Source: Octopus sinensis (Eukaryota). Taken from it: a DNA stretch of 28,942 nucleotides. Positions 9,895 to 19,985 of this stretch are shown here, in pieces. The first letter of the stretch is position 1. The number at the start of each line of letters is the position of its first letter. Location: NCBI RefSeq assembly GCF_006345805.1, contig NW_021833185.1, positions 1 to 28,942 on the forward strand, read 5' to 3'. A program made the position numbers and the translations under genes. Under the pieces are notes generated by a model. It was not told the origin of the DNA. It did not search any database and was given only the letters and a program-made list of their open reading frames with translations.

Positions 9895-10180
9895 ACAGTT
9901 CTATATTTAAGAGATGAGGAATTATGTACATTATTTACATTATTTACATTCCAAGAATATTTGTCCTCATCTTGTTTGTTGTTAACACAACATTTCGGCT
10001 GATATACCCTCCAGCCTTCTTCAGGTGTCTTGGGGAAATTTCGAACCTGGGTCCTCATTCCTAAGGTATTCTTCGATGTTATTATTATTATTGTTGTTGT
10101 TGTTGTTTTTCAGGTCACTGCTTGGAATCGAACTAGGAATCTTGGGGTTAGTAGCCCGCGCTCTTAACCACCACGCCACA
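9895..10180 (-). mobile_element. tRNA-headed SINE family D carrying a hammerhead ribozyme motif
   Basis: Head TGTGGCGTGGTGGTTAAGAGCGCGGGCTACTAACCCC...AGTTCGATTCC (A and B boxes, anticodon-like stem-loop), (AAC)n(AAT)n linker, then HHR 9984-10029, then tail with (AATGTAAAT) repeats. 3' boundary approximate; no TSD found. Confidence 0.75.
9984..10029 (-). ncRNA. Minimal type I hammerhead ribozyme motif within SINE D
   Basis: GACAC-CTGAAGA-A-GGCTG-gagggtatat-CAGCC-GAAA-TG-TT-GTGTT. Helix II GGCTG/CAGCC is perfect; helix I GACAC/GTGTT; loop-less helix III A(T)GT, probably ACGT after CpG decay; GUU triplet; one extra A before helix II. Confidence 0.7.
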
Positions 10181-10653
10181 TGACCGATTGATTATTTTCA
10201 AAATCAATTCAAAGCAAAGCAGTGATGGAAACTGAAACCTTCCATCAATATTTATTGTGAATTTGTTCCAAATACCAAATAAATTACGAAAAAATTACTC
10301 TACCAAATTCTTCGTAATTTTCAAAATTCATTGAAAGTAAGGTACCGTATTTCAACGGAAATATGATAACAACTGCGTTAACGTGATCTAAATTACAGCC
10401 TTCCATCAAATACATTTTGAACGTTAACAAAGTTATGTTGCAACATTTTTCATAATTTTCGAAATTAATTGAAAGCAAGGCTGAATATTTCAAGAGAAAT
10501 GTGCCAAAGAAAGGGTTAAAGTATTCTAGTACCATTTTCACTGGCCTAATCACTTTCAGTCCCTTTGTATACTAAATTTATTGATTTCTTCTATTTCCAA
10601 GATAAAGAGAGTGAGTGAGTGAGTGAGTGAGTGAGAAGGGGAGAAAGCGAGGA

Positions 10654-10692
<39 letters not shown>

Positions 10693-10848
10693 AGAGAATT
10701 ATTAGAGTAAAGTTGTGTGATTAAATGGCGGCCGTGATATTCTCAAGCAATGTGGTTGAAGAGAATTAACTTCAACAACCGGAAAGAGATGAAAGAGAAG
10801 AGGATAATGAAGAGAACATCAGGGACGGAATGAAACAAAAGGTAATTC

Positions 10849-10895
<47 letters not shown>

Positions 10896-11186
10896 GTTAA
10901 GAGCAAGGAGAAATCAGACAAAAGCAGAGTCGAGTATTGTTCGTAAGAGGCGAGAGAATTAGAACATTAAGATATTGTGAGGTAGGGAACTAGATTTTAT
11001 AACAACGATACAGCAAGTAGATTTACGAGTTTCTATTTGGTGGTGGTGGTGGTGGATGGATGGGTGGGGTGGGTGTTTGATCGGTCGGGTGCATTATGGT
11101 ATTATTTGTGGGTTGCGTTTGATGGTTGCGGGTGGGGTGGGTGTTGTGAACAATGGTTTAATCTCATCTGGATAGCGTAGTGTGCA

Positions 11187-11890
11187 GAAGATGAAGAATG
11201 AAGGAGAAGAAGAAAAGGAAGATGAATGAAGAAGAATCAGAAGAAGAAGAAGGAGAGAAGAAGAAGAAGAAGAAGAAGAAGATGATGATGAAGAATGAAG
11301 AAGGAGAAAAGGAGGAAGAAGAAGCAGAATCAGAAGAAGGAGAAGAAGAAGAAGAAGAAGAAGAAGAAGAAGAAGAAGAAGAAGAAGAAAAGAATGAAGA
11401 AGAAGAAAAGGAGGAAGAAGAATGAAGAAGAAGAAGAAGAAGAATGAAGAAGAAGAAAAGGAGGAAGAAGAAGATGAAGAAGAAGAAGGAAGAAGGAAGA
11501 AGGAGGTGGAGAAGAAGAAGAAGAAGAAGAAGAAGGAAGGAGGAAAAGAAGAAGAAGAAGAAGGAGGAGGAGAAGAAGAAGAAGAAGAAGAAGAAGACGA
11601 AGAAGAAGACGAAGAAGACGGAGAAGAAGAAGAAGAAGAAGAAGAAGAAGAAGAAGAAGGAAGGAGAAGAAGAAGACGAAGAAGCAGAAGAAGGAGAAGA
11701 AGACGAAGAAGACGGAAGAAGAAGAAGAAGAAGAAGAAGAAGAAACAGAAGGAGAAGAAGAAGAAGAAGATGAAGAAGAAGAAGAAGAAGAAGAAGAAGA
11801 AGAAGAAGAAGAAGAAGAAGAAACAGAAGGGGAAGAAGAAGAAGAAGAAGAAGAAGAAGAAGAAGAAGAAGAAGAAGAAGAAGAAATGAA
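11187..11890. repeat. ~700-bp imperfect (GAA)n polypurine tract
   Basis: Directly visible. Confidence 0.98.
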
Positions 11891-12429
11891 AGAAAGGGTA
11901 CCGATAAATTCATTATGAAGAAAGAGGATTTAGGTTAAATAACTGACCTCTGAAAGTCTGCATTAGGCTAAAGGAATAAAGGAGATTACGTGAACGAAGA
12001 TTTGATCTGCCCAGCTCTGTCTATTGATTAGCGTGTTGATTAGAGGATATCGAACACTGTATATGATTAAAACCAATTGTGTGTATGAAAGAAAGGAGGC
12101 GGAGCGAGGTATGGTACGCTTGAGTGAAGCTAAGTATAAACATAAGCGATTTTTCCTATTTATCTGTCTTGTGCAATATGGCGTCTGAAATGATCTGGTT
12201 GGATTCACTGGAATGAAATTATATGGAATATTCTGGTTTTTTTTTTGTTTTTTTTTTTTGGCTTTCCTGAGTTGTTTCAAATTTAGGTGAACTGAAGACA
12301 GACCGTATTCGGGCAGGTTGATCGTGGTGTTAAATGGCAATTATTCACCAGAAGAATTATGCTTGTCGCAATATGGGGTCTTAAAAGGCACGTTCGAAGC
12401 AAGGGTTGAACTTTAAGCTTTTTCTCCCT

Positions 12430-12623
12430 CGTCTTCTTTTTCTTATTTTTCTCCTTCACTTTCATGTTGTGTCTTCTTGATTTTTTTCTTCTTCTATTTG
12501 TCCTCTTCTACCTCTTCATTCTTCTTCTTCTTCATCTATTTCTTCTTCTTCTTCTTCTTCATCTTCTTCTTCTTCTTCTTCTTCTTCTTCTTCTTCTTCT
12601 TCTTCTTCTTCTTCTTCTTCTTC

Positions 12624-12659
<36 letters not shown>

Positions 12660-12830
12660 TTCTTCTCCTTCTTCTTCTTCTTCTTCTACTTCCTCCTCCT
12701 CCTCTTGTCCTCCTCGTCCTCCTCACCCCCTCGATCTTCATGTTCTCCTCCTTTTTCTTCTCTTCTTCTTTTCCCCCTCTCCTCCTCCTCCTTCTTCTTC
12801 TTCTTCCTCCTCTTCATCTCCTTGATCTTT
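12430..12830. repeat. ~400-bp imperfect (CTT)n/(CAT)n polypyrimidine tract
   Basis: Directly visible; complementary to 11187-11890. Confidence 0.97.
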
Positions 12831-13108
12831 ATATTTCACTATCCAGATTAGATTAAACTCTTGTTCTCATCACCTACCATACATTCAATGGTTCCATCCC
12901 CCCTACCGAAACATCCACGCAACCATTCAACCACGCAACAACCCAACCACTCAACATGACAGCCCAACCACCATCACCACCACCACCACTATCACTCTAC
13001 ATTGAAAGTCATGAATTTACCGCTGTTTCTGTGTAAAATTAGTTACCCCACCACTAACACCACTCAAACTTATTGGGCTTAAGCTAATCGTTTATCTCGG
13101 CAGACAGA

Positions 13109-13413
13109 GTGAGAAAGAGAGAGAGAGAGAGAGTGTGTGTGTGTGTGTGTGTGTATGTGTGTGTGTGTGTGTGTGTATGTGTGTGTGTGTGTGTGAGGCT
13201 GAGAGAAAGAAAGCGAGAGAGAGAGAGAGAGAAAGTAAGAGAGAGAGAGAGAAAGAAAGAGAGAGAAAGAAAGAGAGAGAAAGAGAGAGAGAGAAAGAGA
13301 GAGAGAAGAGAGAGAGAGAGAAAGAGAGAGAGAAGAGAGAGAGAGAGTGTGTGTGTGAGGCTGAGAGAAAGAAAGCGAGAGAGAGAGAGAAAGAGGGAGC
13401 AGAACATATATAT

Positions 13414-13470
<57 letters not shown>

Positions 13471-13575
13471 ATCCATATATCCATATACAAAGAGACAGGG
13501 CTATACTGAGAGATAGAGAGAGCGATATCGAGAGAGAGGGAGAGGGAGAAGGAGAGAGAGAGAGAGAGAGAGCGA
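13109..13575. repeat. (GA)n/(GT)n/(TA)n compound microsatellite with internal duplication
   Basis: GTGTGTGAGGCTGAGAGAAAGAAAGCGAGAGAG occurs twice (near 13190 and 13352). Confidence 0.95.
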
Positions 13576-14075
13576 AATATGTAGAGAGAAGAACGGACAG
13601 AAATACCGAAGTTAAGAGAGAATTGACATCAACCTAGGGACTTCATGACTGCATAACTGAAACTCAAGACTTCTAACCGCCATTTTCTGTGACCACCATA
13701 TTGCATTCCTTTCTTCGTCTTGAAGAAGCCTTTGTACCTGGAACCTTTGTACCTGGGCCTTTGTACCTGTGTTTCCAATTAGTTATTGACTATTATTCCC
13801 GGAAATTAAATGTTTTGACTGATGTTATAAAGAATAGATCTAAATTCAAAACCAACGTCGCTGTTTCGTTCCAGGTGAGACCTTGTTGAACGGACATATG
13901 ATCAAAGGCGTTCTTGGCGTGACCATCTCATTTTACATTGTTTAATGCGACCTTCCTTTTTTGTATAACCATATACTGTAGGTTGAATGAGTTTGGTTCC
14001 TATTGTAAATCGGTATATTCTTTCCAAAAGGTTTAACTCATAAATAAATGTCTGTATGTATATGTGTGTGTTTGT

Positions 14076-14325
14076 GAAGGCGTGTGGCTTAGTGGTTAGA
14101 GTGTCCGACTCATAATCGTAAGATTGTGGTTTCAATACCTGGACCGGGTGACGCGTTGTGTTCTTGAGCAAAACACACCATTTGCAAGTTGTTCCAGTGT
14201 ATTTTGCTGTAAAAAATGAGTAATCCTGCGAAGGACTGGCGTCCCGTCCAGGTGGGGAATATATACTCCATGGACAACGGGAAAGCGGCCCTTATGAGCC
14301 GGTATGACTCGGGAAGGAACTTTAT
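14076..14325 (+). mobile_element. SINE family B (third 3'-tail variant)
   Basis: GTGGCTTAGTGGTTAG...GTTTCAATACC...GACGCGTTGTGTTCTTGAGCAAAACAC...GGACTGGCGTCCCGTCCAGG. Confidence 0.88.
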
Positions 14326-14357
14326 AAATCTTTTAATATCTATGTTTGAACTACAGA

Positions 14358-14563
14358 ATGAAGCTGGCAGAATCGTTTGCGCGCCGGACAAAACGCTTAG
14401 CGGCATTATAGCTATGTTCTGGATTCAAATTCCGCTCAGGTCAACTTTACCTTTCATCACTACGAGATCGATAAATCAAGTATCAGTCAAGCATTCAGGT
14501 CAATGTGATCGACTTATCCCCTACTTCAAAATTACAGGCCTTTTGCCAAACTTTGAAACCAAT
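14358..14563 (+). mobile_element. SINE family C, diverged
   Basis: GCTGGCAGAATCG...GATTCAAATTCCG...CCTTTCATC...GGCCTTTTGCCAAACTTTGAAACC. Confidence 0.85.
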
Positions 14564-14569
14564 ATGGAT

Positions 14570-15239
14570 GTTTGAACATACACACACATCAATTACTGGC
14601 ACGCAATCACATACACACTATCACTGACACACACATACATACGCATGATATATGTGTAAAAACGACAATTTACACACATTCAGATACACATAGATACATA
14701 CATACATACACATATATCTATGTGTTTTTATAAGTAAATGTGTGTGCACGTATGTATGCATGCATATTTGTATGTGTATAGCTATGCATGCATTTATGTA
14801 CTTATATACATATACCAATACAAATATATGTGATTGTGCATGCATATATAGATATATAGACGTCACACATTAATATATGTATATAAATATATGTATATAA
14901 ATATATGTATATAAATGCATAGACACATAAATATATGTATATTTATATATGCATATATACATATGTAAACGTGTTTACATATATACTTGTGCACATATAT
15001 GTGTGTGTGCGCATGAGCGTGTATGTCTATGTCTGTATATATATATATAATATATATACATACATACATACATATGTATGTATGCATATATATATATACG
15101 TTTACCTGTTTATATACATGTATGTATATATATACATACATATGTGTATATATATATATGTATATATATACATATGCATATATATATATATAAAGACACA
15201 TAAGTTTACCTTTGTGTGTGTATATATATATAATACATA

Positions 15240-15290
<51 letters not shown>
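14570..15290. repeat. (CA)n/(TA)n/(TG)n compound microsatellite
   Basis: Directly visible. Confidence 0.93.
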
Positions 15291-15291
<1 letters not shown>

Positions 15292-15703
15292 CCATATGTC
15301 ATACATCGTAGACGTTGTTTAAAAAACAATGCCTATATCCGGTCGACTTGTTTAGATGTTCAATGGTATCAGACGTAATATCATTGAAATATCCGGTAAA
15401 TGATAAATGAAACTGGAAATTAATTAGAGCAATATAAACAGAAACGCGCGCACGCACACGCATACACAAACACACCTCCGCACGCGCACATATTTGTATG
15501 CACACCCGCGCACACAAACACGCGCGCGTCGCAAAATAAAATAACGATTATCAATAGAGAAGAGAAGAGAAAATGGTTATAAATCTTTCCGTATCGATCT
15601 GTTTAAGTTTTGTTTACTTTTCATATTTAATTAAATCTTGACGTTCTGTTATTATTTCTTTTGTTTATTTCGAAAGATAATGCTATCATTTATTTCCTAT
15701 TTA

Positions 15704-15738
<35 letters not shown>

Positions 15739-15835
15739 ACACAAAAAATACAAACAAACAAACGAGAAACAAAGCCGCAAATATGTGTAAAGCTGTAAGA
15801 AATGAATACGTGTGAGGGTTTATACTTGTTTTAAG

Positions 15836-16065
15836 GGTTTGTTCGGACAATCATCATTGTCGCTAGTATCTGCATTTGGGGGTATTCACTTCTAGGGATT
15901 TTATACTTGGTCTATGGTACGTAACACAGAAAACAAATATTCGACTTATTTGAGTGGAGGCTTATCTTTTATATTTTAATCGTTCCAGTGACAGGATTGT
16001 GGCCTTGCTGGAGCACAAACTTCGAGAGTTTTAGGCTATTTTTTTCTTTCTCAAGATACACAGCG
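15836..16065 (+). repeat. Diverged direct duplication, copy 1 (copy 2 at 16996-17225)
   Basis: Colinear similarity, e.g. TGTCGCT.GTATC.GCATTTGGG, ATGGTACGTA.CACAGAAAACAAA, TTCCAGTGACAGGAT.GTGGCC.TG.TGGAGCACA. Confidence 0.9.
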
Positions 16066-16450
16066 TGACTCTATGGTAAAAAGCTTGCTGTCCTACCACA
16101 TGGTTCCAGGTTCAGTCCTAATGCATGGTACCTTGAGCGAGTGCTTTCTACTATAGCCTCGGACCGACCAAAGCCTTGTGAATGGATTCGGTTGACGGAA
16201 ACTGAAAGTTGCCTGTCTTATATAAATATATGTAAACATTTGTGTTTCTCGCCCGCCACCATTGCTTGACATGTGCTGTTTGTGTGTATACGTTGCCGTA
16301 ACTTAGCCGTTAGAATATGTATAGGGTTTACAAAGAATAAGTCCTGGGGTCAATTTGTTCGACTAAAATCCCTTAATGTGATGCTCCAGCATAGCCACAG
16401 TCAAATGACTGAAACAAGTAAAACAGTAAAAGACTAACAGAATAAAAGAA
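16059..16450 (+). mobile_element. SINE family A, near full length
   Basis: Head, short internal TA/TG stretch, and 3' end GCTCCAGCATAGCCACAGTCAAATGACTGAAACAAGTAAAA. Confidence 0.88.
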
Positions 16451-16565
16451 TTCAAAAGTAAATAATTTATCTAAGTAAACAGAGATTAATTATTTCTCTT
16501 CAAAAAGATGTTTTTTTCTGCTTTGCTTTTTTTTGTTTTTTTTTCACGTATTTTATGCATTTGTC

Positions 16566-16980
16566 GGTGCATCCATGGCTTTGCAGTTAAACAGCTCGCT
16601 TTGCGACCATGTGGATTCAGGTTCAGTTCCACTACACGGCAAATCGAGCAGGTACCTTCCTCTATAACTGCAGCCGATCAATGCCCTGTGAACAAATTTA
16701 AGAGATAGAAACTGTGTCGAAGCCTGCTTTATATACGAGTGCATGCGCGAATTTGTACGTGTACATATTTGAATATATTTCTGTTTTTGCATAACCACCG
16801 CTTGACCCCTGGTTTAGTAAGGCCCTGTAACTTAGTAGTTCGTCAAAGAAAGTCTATAGATTTTAAGTACTAGACTTAAAATATAAATGAGATCGATTTG
16901 TTCGATTAAATCTTTCAAGGTGATGCCCCAGCCTGGCCGCAGTCTAATGACTGCAACAAATAAAAGATAAAAGATAAAAT
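16566..16980 (+). mobile_element. SINE family A, old diverged copy
   Basis: Head with GGTTCAGTTCC; 3' end GTGATGCCCCAGCCTGGCCGCAGTCTAATGACTG and tail (AAAAGAT)n. Confidence 0.8.
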
Positions 16981-16995
16981 ACAAGTTTCATTAAG

Positions 16996-17225
16996 CGTTT
17001 GTTCCTATAGTCACCAATGTCGCTCGTATCCGCATTTGGGATATTAATTTCTAAGGATTTTAATTGTTACTCAATGGTACGTAGCACAGAAAACAAAATA
17101 TTCAGCTTATTTGAGTGAAGGGTTCTCTTTTACATTTTAATTATTCCAGTGACAGGATCGTGGCCATGGTGGAGCACATACTTGGAGAGTTTTAGGGTAT
17201 TATTTTTTCCAAGGTACACGGCTGC
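16996..17225 (+). repeat. Diverged direct duplication, copy 2 of 15836-16065
   Basis: See copy 1. Confidence 0.9.
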
Positions 17226-17264
17226 GTGGTGAAATAATGTGTGTGGTTAAATAATGCTCATTAA

Positions 17265-18910
17265 CTATATCTGAAGATATAGTATATCAAATTTCTTTGC
17301 ATAATATTTGCATAATATCTGACTGTGTAATTTTAATATATTTCACTAAGTAAGGCGGCGAGCTGTCAGAATCGTTAGCACGCTGGGCGAAATGCTTTGC
17401 GGCATTTCGTCTGCCGTTATGTTCTGAGTTCAAATTCCGAGCGAGGTCGACTTTGCCTTTCATCCTTTCGGGGCCGATAAATTAAGTACAAGTTACACAC
17501 TGGGGTCGATATAATCGACTTAATCCGTTTGTATGTCCTTGTTTGTTCCCTCTGTGTTGAGCCCCTTGTCGGTAGTAAAGAAATAGATATTTCGTCTGCC
17601 GTTACGTTCTGAGTTCAAATTCCGCCGAAGACGACTTTGCCTCTCATCCTTTCGGGGTCGATAAATTAAGCACCAGTTACGTACTGGGGTCGATATAATC
17701 TACTTAATCAGTTTTTCTGTCCTTGCTTGTCCTCTATGTGCTTAGCCCCTTGTGAGTAGTAAAGAAATAGGTATTTCGTCTGCCGCTACGTTCTGAGTTC
17801 AAATTCCACCGAGGTCGACTTTGCCTTTCATACTTTCGCTATCGATAAATTAAGTACCAGTTGCATACTCGGGTCGATCTAATCGACTGACCCCTCCCCC
17901 AAAATTTCCGACCCTCACTTTATTCGGTAGCTTATCATTAGCCCTTTTGTGTTCGAAAAGGAAATCATTTTTAATGGTTCTTCAGTATCGTTGAAAGATT
18001 TACATTTTTCCACCAAGGTTTCTTTTCGAAGCACCGAACCAATTGTAAGTTCCTCTTAACATACAGTCAATACTATTAGATTGAAATTCTTCAGCAACAT
18101 AGGAACATATTAAATGGAGAGAGAGTGTCAAAAGCATTTTATGAGAACAGTGTTTGGCCGATCTAATTTCATTAACGCGTAGAGAGAGAATTATTAACAA
18201 CTCAAAGGATTGAAACTCCATCTGTTGCAATAGCAAAACAGTTTTTAATATTAATTCTATCATTACTGATGAATTTTTTCCACACAATTTGTCGTAACAC
18301 TTCGGCAGAGCTTCTGCAATAGAAATTAATCCCAAAATTGTTATACGATTTTATTTTCTCGTTTATGGATACACGTAACGCATACACATAGATAGCGCTT
18401 ACAAGCAATATCAGTAGCGTCGTCCAAACTGAAACCTAGCTATTACTTATGACCGCAGTTTGTTCTTTCAGGATACAGCAATAATATTTTATATAAGTGC
18501 CGTGCATTTTGATCTATGTACTTTCAATTTAGCTGCAAAGGATTATGAATACATTCCTTTATTAATGAGTTCTCCTAAACGATTGACGCCACGAATATTT
18601 TGACGACAAGCTACACATGCTGCTCTATGTATTCTCAATTTTATTATTTTCCTATTAGAAAAAAAAAACCGCTTTGAGAATTTCGTGTAGCCTGAGTTTA
18701 TTACTGTACTGTATTTTGTTATGCTTAGTTGAAAAGCTTTGTTAAATTGATTTAGTGAGCTCGTATTTTAACATTCTGCGTAATAGCTGTGTTTTATTTC
18801 TTTTACAAAGTTTGAAAATTATGAATTAGATAACCAGAAGTTTTAAAACATTTTACTGCACTTTGAACTCCTCTTCTTCGTATCGTTTTGAAATAATCGA
18901 GATTTGGTGG
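17265..18910 (-). pseudogene. Decayed hAT-superfamily transposase (copy 2), interrupted by a SINE C multimer
   Basis: Minus-strand translation includes HRSKCTALI, LDDATDI, CFAIATDGVSIL and SLHLICSYVAEEFQSNSIDCMLRGTYNWF; colinear with copy 1 on both sides of the SINE. Confidence 0.85.
17352..17912 (+). mobile_element. SINE family C multimer: head plus three tandem units
   Basis: ATTTCGTC starts at 17404, 17589 and 17773 (periods 185 and 184 bp); junction GTAGTAAAGAAATAG[GA]TATTTCGTC. Confidence 0.93.
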
Positions 18911-19195
18911 GGAGGGAATTTTAAGCATTGTCAGACTTCGTTAATCAGTGGGTACCGGGCGCTGACTTCACTTGGCCAAACAAATTCTAATTGCGATCGT
19001 TTTTTCAAGGATCGCTCGAACTTGAATAATTACCTGTTCCTACGAGTTTAACTTGACATTATTTGGGGGGCTCCATACAGCTTCCATATAGTCACTCAAT
19101 ATGCTAATATATAAACCAAATGTCCCTCAAATTATATACGACATTCTTAATTAGTCAATAGATTTTGATTAACCAAAACTATCGTTTATATCTAT

Positions 19196-19432
19196 TTCTT
19201 TTTACTTGTTTCAGTTATTGGACTGCGGCCATGCTAGGGCAACGCCTTGATCAGTTTAGTCGAACAAATGAACCTCATACTGTACTCCCAACATCGCTTG
19301 ACAACCGGTACTGGTTTGTTTACGACCCCGTAACATAGCTGCGCGGAAATAGAGACCGATAAAATAAGTACTAGGCTAACAAAGAATATGTCATGGAGTC
19401 GATTCGCTCGATTTAAAGGCGGTGCTCAAACA
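19196..19432. mobile_element. Two back-to-back SINE A 3' fragments in opposite orientation (19196-19281 minus; 19287-19432 plus)
   Basis: TTTTACTTGTTTCAG..ACTGCGGCCATGCT is the reverse complement of the A tail; CGCTTGACAACCGGT..AAAGGCGGTGCTC is the A body. Confidence 0.8.
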
Positions 19433-19760
19433 TATGCTCGATGTTGGAAAGTGCAGACTCCAGCAATTGAAAATAATGCTGCAGCGACTGAGTGGAAAAA
19501 AACCGCTCTTTTATGCAAATCTCTTGAGCAAATCAACTTCATTCAGAACAAACGTTATGCTTGTTGCTCGTTTATTTTTCACGAATTCGTTGAGAAATAT
19601 AGTTAGAACGTAGTTATCCACATTTTTCACTGAGGTTTCAGCACTAAGAGAAAACCGGATATCTCTTCCACCCTGATAATTTAAGAACCGTATGACCCCA
19701 ACGATCACTTTTATAAGAATAAATCGACATCTCATTCCCTTTCTGCAAAATTACAGATAT

Positions 19761-19971
19761 TGATTTTAAATTTTGGTACATGGCCACCAATTTATGGGTG
19801 GGGGATAAGTCGATTACATTGACACCCCAGTACTCAACGGATATTTATTTTTTCGACTCAGAAAGGATGGAAGCCAAAGTCCACCATGCCGGTATTTGAA
19901 CTCAGAACCTAAATACAGAATACTGCTAAGGGTTTTGCCCGGCGTGCTAACGATTCTGCCAGCTCGGTGCC
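19761..19971 (-). mobile_element. SINE family C
   Basis: Reverse complement of the C head, body and tail (…GGCCATGTACCAAAATTTAAAA). Confidence 0.87.
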
Positions 19972-19985
19972 AGCCCATAATATAA

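Larger units (their letters stand above)
9338..10519. mobile_element. piggyBac-like non-autonomous element with internal repeats, hosting two SINEs
   Basis: Recurrent motif ATTTTCRAAAT..ATT.AAAGYAARG near 9340, 10195, 10317 and 10455; right end AAAGGG+TTAA at 10510-10519; left end not identified. Confidence 0.45.

Noticed and set aside
10284-10553. 89-aa ORF with repeated LLSxNFENYE
   Set aside because: Reflects the DNA-level internal repeats of the piggyBac-like element.
10723-10846. AAATGGCGGCC (YY1-like/start-like) and AAG|GTAATT donor
   Set aside because: Frame closes after 14 codons; isolated short motifs are not enough to call a promoter or exon.
11164-11913. Long poly-E/K/R and poly-L/S/F ORFs (up to 249 aa)
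   Set aside because: Translations of the (GAA)n tract, open in several frames on both strands; no splice or homology support.
13689-13889. 66-aa ORF with CAG|GTGAGA and a triple CCTTTGTACCTG repeat
   Set aside because: The site could be donor or acceptor, its phase is inconsistent with other candidates, and I recognise no homology.
17404-17912. Regularly spaced repeats as a possible CRISPR array or tRNA gene cluster
   Set aside because: Units are whole SINE bodies with no unique spacers; tRNA-like heads lack complete acceptor stems and continue into SINE bodies.
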